Below, piece by piece: positions 33,900 through 43,116 of a stretch of DNA of 48,445 nt. The translations under genes and the position numbers were made by a program. The DNA is from a virus (lineage: Duplodnaviria > Heunggongvirae > Uroviricota > Caudoviricetes). The notes under the pieces were generated by a model. That model did no database searches. It was given only the letters and a program-made list of their open reading frames with translations, and was not told where the DNA came from. Within the stretch, counting starts at the first letter, position 1. Each line of letters opens with the position of its first letter. The DNA is taken from positions 1 through 48,445 of IMG/VR virus record IMGVR_UViG_2571042005_000001. One strand, written 5' to 3'.

Positions 33900-35237
33900 T
33901 CAGGACGCGCGCACCAAAAGCACCCCCAACAGAAACACGTTGGCTGCCACGGTGTCGAGCGCGTCTGCTGCCACACGCCTTGCCCTGATCCCGATGGGCC
34001 TATAATTGGCGCTCTGGTTTGCCGCCACCCGAGTCAAAACGGTCGGGTAGGCGCTGCCTTGGTTGGGGGCCACTCCTGCCACGACCCCACCGGGTGCACT
34101 GAACGCCCCACTTGCTCCAGAGGCAGGCATGGGGGCACTGAACCCTCCGGTCCCAAGGGATTGCAAGCTGGCCTCCCAAGCCACACCGTTGTTGCTGCCA
34201 GTGTACCCACTTCCGAGCGCAACCGTCCAGACGAAATGGATGTCAAATGACTGCCAGTGGGATGGGATGTCCACAGCTGCATTGACAGACATCTGCGTGG
34301 CCGGGTCAAAGCTCCACGCTGGCATGGTCCCGGCGATGGCCAGAGTCGGGGCACCCTCGGAGGCGAGGAACTGAGCAGCTGGAATGAACCGCCATGTTTC
34401 CCGCATGGGAGGGGCCTGAGGGGTCACAAAACGGCTGGCCTTGAAGTGCCTTGCCACCTCATTGGCCCAGAGGGGTGAGCCTGCGTTATCGTTCGGGTGG
34501 ATGCCGTCCAACAGCAACAAATTCGCCGTATAAGACGGATCATTCAAAAACGCCTGTGTGACGTTAATGCACCCGTAGCCCTCGGAGGCACAGAGTTCCG
34601 CCACCACCCGCATGCGGATCAGGTGGTTGGTCCTCTCGACATCCCCAGTTCCCCTCGGGTTCTGAAGGGTGCAAATGATCCCGGCACTGGGCCACGTCTC
34701 CTGAATTTTGCGGATCAGTGGGTAGTGTGTGGAGCGGTAGGTGCTGCCCACCCCTGTGGTGTTGTGGCCGTAATTGATCATCACGAGTTGAGGGGTCATG
34801 CTGGACATCACGGCCCACCGTGCCTGAGTTGCCACTGGGTAGGATGCCTGCGTACCGGACGCACTGCCGTTCCAGATCGTCAGGGTGCGTCCGTTTGTTC
34901 CGGTTTGCAGGGTTACAGCGGAGTTCCAGGTGTCGTTTGTGTCCTTCCATGTCCTGTACAACACGGTCCACGCCGGGAACATGGCTGCGAGTTTGAGGGC
35001 CAGCAGGTAAACCCATCTTGTGTTGCTGGCCCCGGTGCTGTCCCCCACAACGAACATGGCTGCATCCTCCGCCCCGAGCATCATCCTCTGAATAAGGATG
35101 GCAGCTTGCTGAGCAGTGATTTGACCGCTGGCAGCAATTTCGGCAGCGAGTTGGTCTTTGTTGAGGCCCGTGGTGTTGATGCCCATCTGGGAAGCCAATT
35201 TCTTCAGGTCTTGACTGGGAGGCGGACCAAATGACAT
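33900..35237 (-). CDS. SGNH/GDSL hydrolase domain protein, probable tail-associated esterase
   Basis: VVGDSTG, INYGHN and DGIHPN blocks; last gene of the late operon. Confidence 0.8.
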   Translation of the reverse strand: MSFGPPPSQDLKKLASQMGINTTGLNKDQLAAEIAASGQITAQQAAILIQRMMLGAEDAAMFVVGDSTGASNTRWVYLLALKLAAMFPAWTVLYRTWKDTNDTWNSAVTLQTGTNGRTLTIWNGSASGTQASYPVATQARWAVMSSMTPQLVMINYGHNTTGVGSTYRSTHYPLIRKIQETWPSAGIICTLQNPRGTGDVERTNHLIRMRVVAELCASEGYGCINVTQAFLNDPSYTANLLLLDGIHPNDNAGSPLWANEVARHFKASRFVTPQAPPMRETWRFIPAAQFLASEGAPTLAIAGTMPAWSFDPATQMSVNAAVDIPSHWQSFDIHFVWTVALGSGYTGSNNGVAWEASLQSLGTGGFSAPMPASGASGAFSAPGGVVAGVAPNQGSAYPTVLTRVAANQSANYRPIGIRARRVAADALDTVAANVFLLGVLLVRAS

Positions 35238-35749
35238 CAGTTGCCTCCATAGTAAGTGACGTACAGCTTCCCCGAGTTGCTGGCTGCAATGAACCGAGCT
35301 GCTGCAATTTGGGCTTTCAGCAGCACGATGGAGCCACCGTCATACTGGATGTACCCACTGGTGGCCGTTGGCAGTTTTGCTGCCCCGAGCAGTTTGAAGC
35401 GCACATCAATTCCTTGCACTTGGATTTCGGCTCGGGTTGCTCCTGCAGGAATGCTGGCCAGCGGGACTGCCACTCCTGCAACAGTCAGTTCCTCATCATC
35501 AAGGATGTTGAGGACTGCTGGACTGGTAGCGTCCCCTCCCGTCACCACCGGAATGCTGCCACCCTTCAGATCGGGAGTGCGGTCCAGCAAGGCCTGCAGC
35601 CGTGCCCCGAGGGCAGTTGGGAGCACTTTTCTGACTCCAGGTGAGACTTCCACCTCTTCCTGCAAGACAACCTTAAGTTTCCCGGAAGCATCATAAGAAT
35701 CCGGGTTATCCTCATCGAGACGCCCAGGGTACTTCTGGTATTCGGTCAC
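35237..35749 (-). CDS. Hypothetical virion-associated protein
   Basis: GTG start overlapping the upstream stop; 170 aa. Confidence 0.6.
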   Translation of the reverse strand: MTEYQKYPGRLDEDNPDSYDASGKLKVVLQEEVEVSPGVRKVLPTALGARLQALLDRTPDLKGGSIPVVTGGDATSPAVLNILDDEELTVAGVAVPLASIPAGATRAEIQVQGIDVRFKLLGAAKLPTATSGYIQYDGGSIVLLKAQIAAARFIAASNSGKLYVTYYGGN

Positions 35750-36105
35750 TCCAACCCCACCTTTCTGGCCCAGAACTGGCCTTCCTTGCGGTCCAGCAAG
35801 GCGTCCGCAATGACGTTCTCTCCGGCCAAGGGAAGCACGAAATTCTTCCTCGGGGCCATCTTCGGCAAGGTGCACTCCAGATGAAGCTGCACGGCTTTGC
35901 AGGAAGGGTCATTCACCCTGAGATCCACCCCGCGAATGAACAAGGTGCCGCCCAGCAGGTCTGCTTCCCCAGAGGAAACCACCACCTGCTTGCTGTCAGC
36001 GGTGACCTTCCCACCGTGGGGGTCCACGGGGCCTTTCTGGAACACGAAGCTGCACGAGACCAGCCCGAGCAAGCTCAGCAGGACCACTGCCCGGAAGCCC
36101 CTCAC
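35746..36105 (-). CDS. Lipoprotein (possible spanin-like lysis accessory)
   Basis: MRGFRAVVLLSLLGLVSC lipobox. Confidence 0.6.
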   Translation of the reverse strand: MRGFRAVVLLSLLGLVSCSFVFQKGPVDPHGGKVTADSKQVVVSSGEADLLGGTLFIRGVDLRVNDPSCKAVQLHLECTLPKMAPRKNFVLPLAGENVIADALLDRKEGQFWARKVGLE

Positions 36106-36452
36106 TTGGCGTCCTCCACACGCCCAGGCTCAAGCTCTGGGGCATCGGTGACGGGGGGTTCGCTGAGGGCATTGAGTTTCCCGAGCAGGAATTCGCAGGC
36201 CTCATCGAGCACCTCATCGACCACTTTCTTGACCCAGCGGTCATCGATGTCGGTGTCTTTGAGGACGGGTGTGTTCGCAGTGAAACGGGCGTACAGTTCC
36301 ATCACCCGAGCGGTGGCCTGCTGGCGTTTTTCCTCAGAAAGCCACTTCTGTCCTTCTGCAGCGGCGAATTCAATGGCGGCCACTTCAACTTCACTGACGG
36401 CGAGCAGGGCGAAGCGGAACAGGTGGTCTTTGATTTGCTGAAGTTTTTCCAT
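36102..36452 (-). CDS. Hypothetical protein in lysis region
   Basis: GGAGG RBS; 116 aa, helical. Confidence 0.65.
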   Translation of the reverse strand: MEKLQQIKDHLFRFALLAVSEVEVAAIEFAAAEGQKWLSEEKRQQATARVMELYARFTANTPVLKDTDIDDRWVKKVVDEVLDEACEFLLGKLNALSEPPVTDAPELEPGRVEDAK

Positions 36453-36523
36453 GGTCGTCCTCCATGACGAAAATCCCGCCAGTTGGCGGGTGAGAAAGAG
36501 AGCGGATTTTCAGGGGTTTCCGG

Positions 36524-36840
36524 TCAGATTGTGTTCCCCATGTGCCCAAACCTAAAAATTGAGTGAACTCTGGAAGGGTTTTCCATCGGCCCAGAGGGGA
36601 ATCTCAGATTGTGGTGCCCATGTATCGGTTCATGGGTGTTCGCTGAGTGATGCAGGCATCAAATGGAACATAAGCTCTGGCGAATGGAGCATAAGGACTG
36701 AAACTCGGCTTATGATCCATTTGAAAGGTCCTTATCTCGGGTTTGCAGGCCTTATCTCGGTTCCTGAGGGCTTATCTCGGGTTTGCAGCCATGGCAGTAA
36801 GGGCAGAGCTATGGTTTTAAAGCTTATTGCCATAGCTCTG
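36524..36840. repeat. Multi-repeat non-coding region
   Basis: Two 20-bp repeats (36524, 36604); AATGGANCATAAG x3; CTTATCTCGG x3 at 20-bp period; 11-bp stem 36804-36840. Confidence 0.8.
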
Positions 36841-36867
36841 GACTGAAAACCACAGGTTTCCCGAGGG

Positions 36868-37119
36868 TCAGCAGGGCTGGATGTGCCCTTCCTGAACGAA
36901 GAAGTGCGCCTTGCAGTTCTGGTGCCCGCAAATCACCGAAGGGCTCAAGGTGGGTGCGGGGTCGGGTCCGGTCAGGTGCTGCTGGATGCTGCTGTAATTC
37001 AGGCAGACCGGGCAGCAAATCAACCGTTGGCCATCGGATCGGATCAGGATGTCGCCGGGCAGGGCTGCGCGCAGCCGATCCGATCTGACCACTTTGCTTT
37101 TGAGGGACTGGAATTTCAT
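36868..37119 (-). CDS. DUF6527-like small Cys-rich protein
   Basis: CCPVC...PTLSPSVIC...CKAHFFVQEGHIQPC; ATGA overlap with the endolysin stop. Confidence 0.6.
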   Translation of the reverse strand: MKFQSLKSKVVRSDRLRAALPGDILIRSDGQRLICCPVCLNYSSIQQHLTGPDPAPTLSPSVICGHQNCKAHFFVQEGHIQPC

Positions 37120-37733
37120 TTCAGACTCTGGTAAGCCACATTGAAAGCCCACTTGCGGGTCTCAATGCCGTGGTGACCACCGTTCACCCCTCGGGTGACG
37201 CTGTAAATGTCATTCCGGTCGGCAGCTTCATTCAAATTGCGGGCCTTCCAGTAAGCGGCAGCCACCAGAGCGCTCACTCCAATTTGCAGGAGCAAGTCCG
37301 GGTTTTGGAGCAGGTTGAAGCCGGTCATCTGGCCGTAGGTTTTGTAGTTGCTTTTCCCGGTGAGTTGGATCATGCCCATGCCCCGGTAGCGGTACCCATC
37401 GCCGGACGCTTCATCGCCGTTCCCCATGCGGCCCGAGTAGACTTTGTTGGCGAGCCTCTGGGGGTTCATGGCGTAAGGGCGGGCGGATTCCACGGTCGGG
37501 AAGCGCAAAGGCCACACTTCAGTCATGCGTTTCGCACTGTAGTACAGCACTTCCTCTTTGGGCACCAGTCCGGACTCAGCGGTGAGTTGCCCGAGGAAGT
37601 GGGCTTTCCGGAGGGGCGTGTTGATGCCGAATTGATCGCAGGCCTTCTCCAGTTTCTCAGCGGTGACTTCAGCGGTCGCTCTGGGAATCTTGGGGTTCAG
37701 GGCGAGCACCAGCTTTGCAGTGATGGGTTTCAT
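37116..37733 (-). CDS. Glycoside hydrolase family 19 endolysin
   Basis: HFLGQLTAESG, YRGMGMIQLTGKSNY, VNGGHHG. Confidence 0.92.
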   Translation of the reverse strand: MKPITAKLVLALNPKIPRATAEVTAEKLEKACDQFGINTPLRKAHFLGQLTAESGLVPKEEVLYYSAKRMTEVWPLRFPTVESARPYAMNPQRLANKVYSGRMGNGDEASGDGYRYRGMGMIQLTGKSNYKTYGQMTGFNLLQNPDLLLQIGVSALVAAAYWKARNLNEAADRNDIYSVTRGVNGGHHGIETRKWAFNVAYQSLK

Positions 37734-38020
37734 GGTTTCACCAGGTTGATTCGGCGCACGGCGAGCACCCCGGCGACCCGTTCCAGTTTCATCTGGAGTT
37801 TCAGGCCGGGGCGAAGCTCAGCCCAGAACACCGCCCGACCAACCGGGCGGCCATGGATCTGGTAGACCGTGCTGAACGTGCAGTACAGCTCCCCGTGCTG
37901 CAAAGTGTAGATTTTGCGTTGCACTTCGCTGACGTTGTAGGCCACGCCGGACGTGGGAATCCACTCCGCGCGGGCCATCGGCAACACCAGCAAGGCAAAG
38001 GCCAGCAGGAAACGTTTCAT
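37730..38020 (-). CDS. Secreted hypothetical protein
   Basis: MKRFLLAFALLVLPMARA signal peptide; GAGGAGGAG RBS. Confidence 0.7.
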   Translation of the reverse strand: MKRFLLAFALLVLPMARAEWIPTSGVAYNVSEVQRKIYTLQHGELYCTFSTVYQIHGRPVGRAVFWAELRPGLKLQMKLERVAGVLAVRRINLVKP

Positions 38021-38349
38021 GCTCCTCCTCCTCTGGATTTCATCAGGAGCCTGCGCACAGGTGGAACGAAGTGCGACAGGATCACCGACACGTAAAGCAG
38101 CAGGAAACCCCAAGTGAGACTCGGGGCAGTCCTGACGAAAGTGGTGACCATCAGCAAGACGGCAATGAAGGCCACCAGCCAGTTGATGGTGACGAGCAGC
38201 GTGGATTCCCTGAGGTACCGCACGCCCGTCATGAAAAATGCAATGGCGAACATCAAATGCAGCACCAGCACCCACAGCCAGGAGTCCTGCCCGAGGGGTG
38301 TTTCCGTGAGATAAATGCCCAGGGTGAAAAGCCAGTCATGGAATGTCAT
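38017..38349 (-). CDS. Membrane protein (holin/antiholin-like)
   Basis: 3 hydrophobic helices inside the lysis cassette. Confidence 0.6.
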   Translation of the reverse strand: MTFHDWLFTLGIYLTETPLGQDSWLWVLVLHLMFAIAFFMTGVRYLRESTLLVTINWLVAFIAVLLMVTTFVRTAPSLTWGFLLLYVSVILSHFVPPVRRLLMKSRGGGA

Positions 38350-38716
38350 TGTCCTCACCTGCTTTCTTTTCAGGGGTGGGCTTGAGGGCCCCGAGGATTC
38401 CGGTGGTGGCGTCGATGACTTTGCCGATCACGGCGTCCACTTTCGGACCGTGCTTTTTGATGGTGGCACGGGCCCCGAAGTAACCGGTGATGGTGGACAC
38501 CAGCAAAGCCCAGGGGACACCCAGTCCGGATTCCAGGCACATCCAACCGAAAATGACGGCGAAGAGGGCGGAAAGCCAGCAATCTGCGATCAGCACCCGC
38601 CACTTGGGTTGGTGGCGTGCAAATTGGAGGCTTGCCAGTCGAGCGAAAAGCCCGAGCACTGCAAAGGCCGTCAGGTAATGCCACAGCGGCAGGGCGTTGA
38701 GGGAGTTTTCAGGCAT
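38336..38716 (-). CDS. Probable phage holin
   Basis: 3 TM segments ending ITGYFGARAT and a basic tail; upstream of endolysin; AAAGGA RBS. Confidence 0.7.
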   Translation of the reverse strand: MPENSLNALPLWHYLTAFAVLGLFARLASLQFARHQPKWRVLIADCWLSALFAVIFGWMCLESGLGVPWALLVSTITGYFGARATIKKHGPKVDAVIGKVIDATTGILGALKPTPEKKAGEDNDIP

Positions 38717-38748
38717 ACGCCGTCCTTTCTGCGCACGAGCAACCAGCA

Positions 38749-38816
38749 TGCAACCCCCACTGGGAGACAATGGGGGTTGCACGAGCCCCCGAGAGATGAC
38801 GCCTCTCGGGTTTTTT
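38749..38816. promoter_or_regulatory. Two hairpins between tail gene and holin
   Basis: TGCAACCCCCA/TGGGGGTTGCA (38749-38781) and CCCGAGAG/CTCTCGGG followed by T-run on the plus strand. Confidence 0.5.
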
Positions 38817-38818
38817 GT

Positions 38819-40432
38819 TTACGGGGTGGTTCTCCATTCGACCCAGCGGTGAATTCGCACAGGCAAAGGCCTTGCCAGGTCGAGTTCCTTGCGGATCAGC
38901 AGTCCTCCTTCCCCCCCGGCGAGCAGGGCGAACAGTGGGTTTTCGGATGGTGAGAACGTGTGGGTGCTCTGGCTGGCCATCTGCTGGCCGTCGCTGGAAC
39001 GCCACACCCCTCCCAAGGTCAGGGTGCTTTGCACTGCGTTGGAGGTGAGGGTGAATTCGAAGCGGTACTTCACTCCGGTCTCCAGAGCCCCGAGGTCACC
39101 GGTGGGCGTCTGGTTGCCTGCGCCGATGCCTGTCTGGAGTTTCAGGGTTCCAGTGTGGTCCCTGAGGAGCCCGAAGAAAGTCCGGGCCCCTGTTTGCATG
39201 CGGTTTTGCTGCACCCCGAAAGCAATTCCTTCCAAGACGTCCGGGTGCAGGTGGGGCAGGGCGGTCAGTTCGATGATGCAGTGCTGCGTGACCACCCCTC
39301 CAACCGGGTTGCTGGTCGGCACATCCAGCCGGGTGAGGTGCATGCCGGACACGTCGTAAGTGCCGGCTTGATTGACAGTCACGGCTTCCGGTTCGATGCG
39401 GTCCCCGATGTTCTTGAAGGCCATCGGCAAACTGATCCCGGCAGGGGCGTAAGGGGCGGTGTACACCACTCCGGCAGCGTTCCTGACCAGCGTGTCGGTG
39501 ATCAGGTTCCGGTCTTGCAAAATCCCGCCGTAACTGTAGAAACTCGGGATCACCTGAATGTCTCCAGAGATGCGTTTCAGGCGGAGTTGGGCATCTTTCG
39601 GGAACACCGGAAGGCCCGGGAAATCGAAGTCGATTTGCGAGTGGGTGTTGTTGGCGATGTTGCCGACATCCACGCTGCAGGCAGACACCACCGTCGCCCC
39701 GTCCATGATGGCCAGTTCGAACAGGGCGGTTTTGGTGGGGTCGTTGCTGCAGTTGAACCACACGGCGATCTTCTCGAAGATCAGGTCGGTGCGGTTCATG
39801 AATTCCACGTACCATTCGCTGTTCGCCTGGTGGGAAGTGTCCATGCGGAAGGTGCCGAAACGGCTGATCGTCCCTCCGTACAGAACGTCCTGATCTGCCG
39901 TGGTGAACTGATCGGATCTGAGCCCCCAAGATCCGGGTGCCTGGTCTTCGTTCAGGCCACTCGGGGCAGTCAGGAAGCCGCCAGAGTCGTACAGGCCGAC
40001 TGGGGCGAGGGGGTAAGGGACGAGTTCACCTGCCGGGTTGCTGCGCAGGCCGTAAAAGGCAGGGGTGCCGTCAGGCATGCGCAGCTTGCCGGTCAGCAGT
40101 TCCGGGACTGCGAAGGTGACTTTGCCGCCAGATTCAGACGGCTGCACCTCCCCATCCTCATTGAGCAGGGACAGCAGGCTGACAGGTGTCAGGTAGTCGG
40201 CTTTGTGGCCAATCACCTGCATGGGGGTGCCGCTGAACGGAATGACTTTCAGCAGTTCCCCCGCCTCAAAGGTGATCGGCAAGTCCCCTGGGAGGTTGAT
40301 GAACATGCCGTTCTTCTGGATGTCTCCGCCGATCACCTGGGTGATGGTGAACGGCAAGAGGTTCTCTGGGATTGGGAATTCCATGATGGAGCCCGCCACG
40401 ATGAACGGGGCGGGCAGGTGCAGGTTGGTCAT
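38819..40432 (-). CDS. Tail fibre / receptor-binding-like protein
   Basis: 537 aa, beta-rich, located between tail genes and lysis genes. Confidence 0.55.
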   Translation of the reverse strand: MTNLHLPAPFIVAGSIMEFPIPENLLPFTITQVIGGDIQKNGMFINLPGDLPITFEAGELLKVIPFSGTPMQVIGHKADYLTPVSLLSLLNEDGEVQPSESGGKVTFAVPELLTGKLRMPDGTPAFYGLRSNPAGELVPYPLAPVGLYDSGGFLTAPSGLNEDQAPGSWGLRSDQFTTADQDVLYGGTISRFGTFRMDTSHQANSEWYVEFMNRTDLIFEKIAVWFNCSNDPTKTALFELAIMDGATVVSACSVDVGNIANNTHSQIDFDFPGLPVFPKDAQLRLKRISGDIQVIPSFYSYGGILQDRNLITDTLVRNAAGVVYTAPYAPAGISLPMAFKNIGDRIEPEAVTVNQAGTYDVSGMHLTRLDVPTSNPVGGVVTQHCIIELTALPHLHPDVLEGIAFGVQQNRMQTGARTFFGLLRDHTGTLKLQTGIGAGNQTPTGDLGALETGVKYRFEFTLTSNAVQSTLTLGGVWRSSDGQQMASQSTHTFSPSENPLFALLAGGEGGLLIRKELDLARPLPVRIHRWVEWRTTP

Positions 40433-40444
40433 GCGGGTCCTTTC

Positions 40445-42934
40445 TCAAGTTTTGACGCTGGTCACGCACCACACGAGCTGGCTGACCTGAAGGCCGTTTT
40501 CGAGCTGCAAGGTGAGGGTCAGGCCGTCCATGGGTTGGATGCTCGTCTGAATCACCAGACTGAAGGGCCGCCAGCCCCTCGCTGGAACCTCCTGACCTTC
40601 GATGGTCGGCTTTAGGCCACGCCCGAGCCAGAAGCACTCGGGTTGCGGACTTGCGGGGGTTTTCAGTCCGGTGAGGTCGCCTTTTGCCCGGCCGTGCAGT
40701 TGGATCACGGTGCTGCCCTGCACGGGGATGGGTTCGAAGGTGAGCCTAAATTTCCCCCCTGAGATGTACGTCTGGTCGTTCTGCTCGTCTTGGCTTTCCC
40801 AGCCGAGCGGCAAATCCATTTTCTTCTGGAGGGCTTCAAGGGCTGCAGCTTCCGCTTCGGCTTTCTGCTGTGCGGTGCCCACGAAATCCATGATTTCCAC
40901 CGATTGCACCGTCCGAGCGGGGGTTTCCCCTCTGGGAACGGGCAGCATGCGGAACTCAATGGCTTTGAAACCCAAAGGCTCGAAGGTGGAACCGACTGGG
41001 CTGTACCCGGGCTTGGTGGCGTCCGGAATTTCAGGCACAGGGATCACATCGGACACCACCAGTCCCGTGCGGGTGGTGGGTACACTTCCGCCTTCCTGCA
41101 GGTAAGTGCGGTAATCCAGGCGGCTTTTTGGGCGGCTGAGGTCTTGCTCTTGCCACTCTGCTGCCCCGAGGTCGCGCCATGCGTCAAGGTGAGACAGGCC
41201 GATGATGTACTTTCCGGCTGGGTGTTCTGCTGCGATGTGGCAGCGGTCCAGTGGGAAGCTGTGGTGGGCGTAAGGGCTGGTGGCCGCTTTGAACTCCAGG
41301 TCTTCAGGGAGGCCCATCTGCCTGAAGAATTCCGGCCAGGTGAGGGTGAGGGTGCTTTCAAGGTGCAGGTGGATTTGCACGTGTGTGGTGCTGCACAAAA
41401 TCAATGTTTGCCTGTCTGGTTTCCCTTCCTGCACGTCCCTGAGGGCAGCCCAGTAAAGCCACATTCCGGTGACCGGTTGGCCATTCACTTTCACGTGGCT
41501 GTCCGCGAACAGGCGCTCACCGTAACCGTAGTAGGTTTCAGCGTCATGCACACTGAAAAACCCCCCGAGGTTCGGGCTGGTGAAAAAAGGCCGGTGGTCC
41601 ATCGGGGGCAGGGGGGCAGGGGGGGTGTTCCCGTTCGGCATGGAGACCAGCACGGCATTGTCGAACTCCGGGCCTCTCCTCTCATTGCCGCCCGGAACGT
41701 CCGGGAATTCACCGGTGATGGGGTTGCAGCTCGGCACGGGCTCCGTCCAGTCTTCCTCCTCGTAGAACACCCCGCCCGGCGAGAGCCGCCCGAGGGATTC
41801 CGGCATGAATTCCGAGAGCAGCACCAAGTTGGTGACCGGCCACCATCCGTCCGTGATCGGGCAGTACGCCTCCCAGCGCGCGAAGTCGGGGTAAGGCTCG
41901 AAGCGACCTGTCTGCCAGTTCCAGCTCGGCATGTACACCATCACAATGCGCAGCTTCCCTGCAGGCTGACGGTACTTCTCTGCGCGCCTCGGGAAAGTCA
42001 ACGGTGGGTCCAAGTAACGCCAGGTTTCGATGTACAGGGTGGCTTCCTGCCACACGCTCACGTCGGTGCTGGTGGTCAGTGACTCCAGGGTTTCGGTGCC
42101 TGTCTCGTAATCCACCCGCGTGCCTTGGGTGGTGTAAACGATGCGCTCACCGGACCTGGCACCTCCTTCCCCGAGGTGAAAGTACGCCTGGCTGTCAACG
42201 AACACCGTTTCAGTGGTGATTTTCGGGTAGCCCTGCAGGTACTGCGCGAGGGTGCGGGTGCCAACCGGGGGCGGCAGGTGGTACAGGTTCGACTCCAGGT
42301 GCAGCCCGAGCTGGTAGGTGCGGTTCACGTCAGGCACGTAATGGTGGATGGTGTAAGCCCCACTGGAATACTCTGGCCGGAAGGCCGTGCGGGTCTGGTG
42401 GTCGATTTTCTGCCATGCCGAGGAATTCCCGAACGACAGGTAATGCTGGTGCCTGACCCCGAGGTCATCGAGGGGCTCTGAATGCCTCGGGGAATGCTCG
42501 CTGTGCTCCTGCGGAAGCAGGGTTGCGCTGAAAGCCGGGGCATTCAGGTGCAAGCGGTTCAGTTTCGGTTGCCAGAGGTCCGTGAAGCGCTGCGGTCCCT
42601 GGAAAGCCAGGTCGGTGGGAATCCCGACGTGCTCCACCCGGTAGGTGTTCACTCGCCTGTGGGGCTGCGCCTGGAAGTGCATCCGCTGCCCTTCAAGGGT
42701 CGGGGTGAGCCTAACGCGGGTTTTTGGCCTCGGGTTCTGCAGGTACCTCGCTGGGACATTCACGATTTCACTGGAATCCAAGCGGACCTGCACGAACGTC
42801 GGAGTGGTGAACAGCACCACCCCCCACGCTTCCTGCACCGGCACCGTTTCGGTCTTCTGGTGTTTTCGTTTGATGCCAGCCAGGTACTCCCAGATTTCCG
42901 TCCAGGAGTACTCTTTCATGCGCCCACCACCCAT
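40445..42934 (-). CDS. Large tail-associated protein
   Basis: 829 aa in the late operon; no specific motif recognised. Confidence 0.6.
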   Translation of the reverse strand: MGGGRMKEYSWTEIWEYLAGIKRKHQKTETVPVQEAWGVVLFTTPTFVQVRLDSSEIVNVPARYLQNPRPKTRVRLTPTLEGQRMHFQAQPHRRVNTYRVEHVGIPTDLAFQGPQRFTDLWQPKLNRLHLNAPAFSATLLPQEHSEHSPRHSEPLDDLGVRHQHYLSFGNSSAWQKIDHQTRTAFRPEYSSGAYTIHHYVPDVNRTYQLGLHLESNLYHLPPPVGTRTLAQYLQGYPKITTETVFVDSQAYFHLGEGGARSGERIVYTTQGTRVDYETGTETLESLTTSTDVSVWQEATLYIETWRYLDPPLTFPRRAEKYRQPAGKLRIVMVYMPSWNWQTGRFEPYPDFARWEAYCPITDGWWPVTNLVLLSEFMPESLGRLSPGGVFYEEEDWTEPVPSCNPITGEFPDVPGGNERRGPEFDNAVLVSMPNGNTPPAPLPPMDHRPFFTSPNLGGFFSVHDAETYYGYGERLFADSHVKVNGQPVTGMWLYWAALRDVQEGKPDRQTLILCSTTHVQIHLHLESTLTLTWPEFFRQMGLPEDLEFKAATSPYAHHSFPLDRCHIAAEHPAGKYIIGLSHLDAWRDLGAAEWQEQDLSRPKSRLDYRTYLQEGGSVPTTRTGLVVSDVIPVPEIPDATKPGYSPVGSTFEPLGFKAIEFRMLPVPRGETPARTVQSVEIMDFVGTAQQKAEAEAAALEALQKKMDLPLGWESQDEQNDQTYISGGKFRLTFEPIPVQGSTVIQLHGRAKGDLTGLKTPASPQPECFWLGRGLKPTIEGQEVPARGWRPFSLVIQTSIQPMDGLTLTLQLENGLQVSQLVWCVTSVKT

Positions 42935-43116
42935 TCACCGGTGAGGGGATCTTTCTGGAGGGTGACCCTCTGGCCCCGAGGGGGGAAACTGTACCCCTGC
43001 ACCCGGGCAACCATGCGCTCTTCGGTGCGTGCCCCGTTCAGGATCCGCAGCCTTGCGCACATCACCCCTCCCAGGGTCGGGTACAGCACGTGCGCCTCGA
43101 TGGTGTTGTCGTTCAC
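42916..43116 (-). CDS. Small tail-associated protein
   Basis: GTG start overlapping the upstream stop; 66 aa. Confidence 0.5.
   Translation of the reverse strand: MNDNTIEAHVLYPTLGGVMCARLRILNGARTEERMVARVQGYSFPPRGQRVTLQKDPLTGEWVVGA

Noticed and set aside
36731-36790. Possible CRISPR mini-array
   Set aside because: Units are 20-bp tandem repeats without unique spacers; no cas genes
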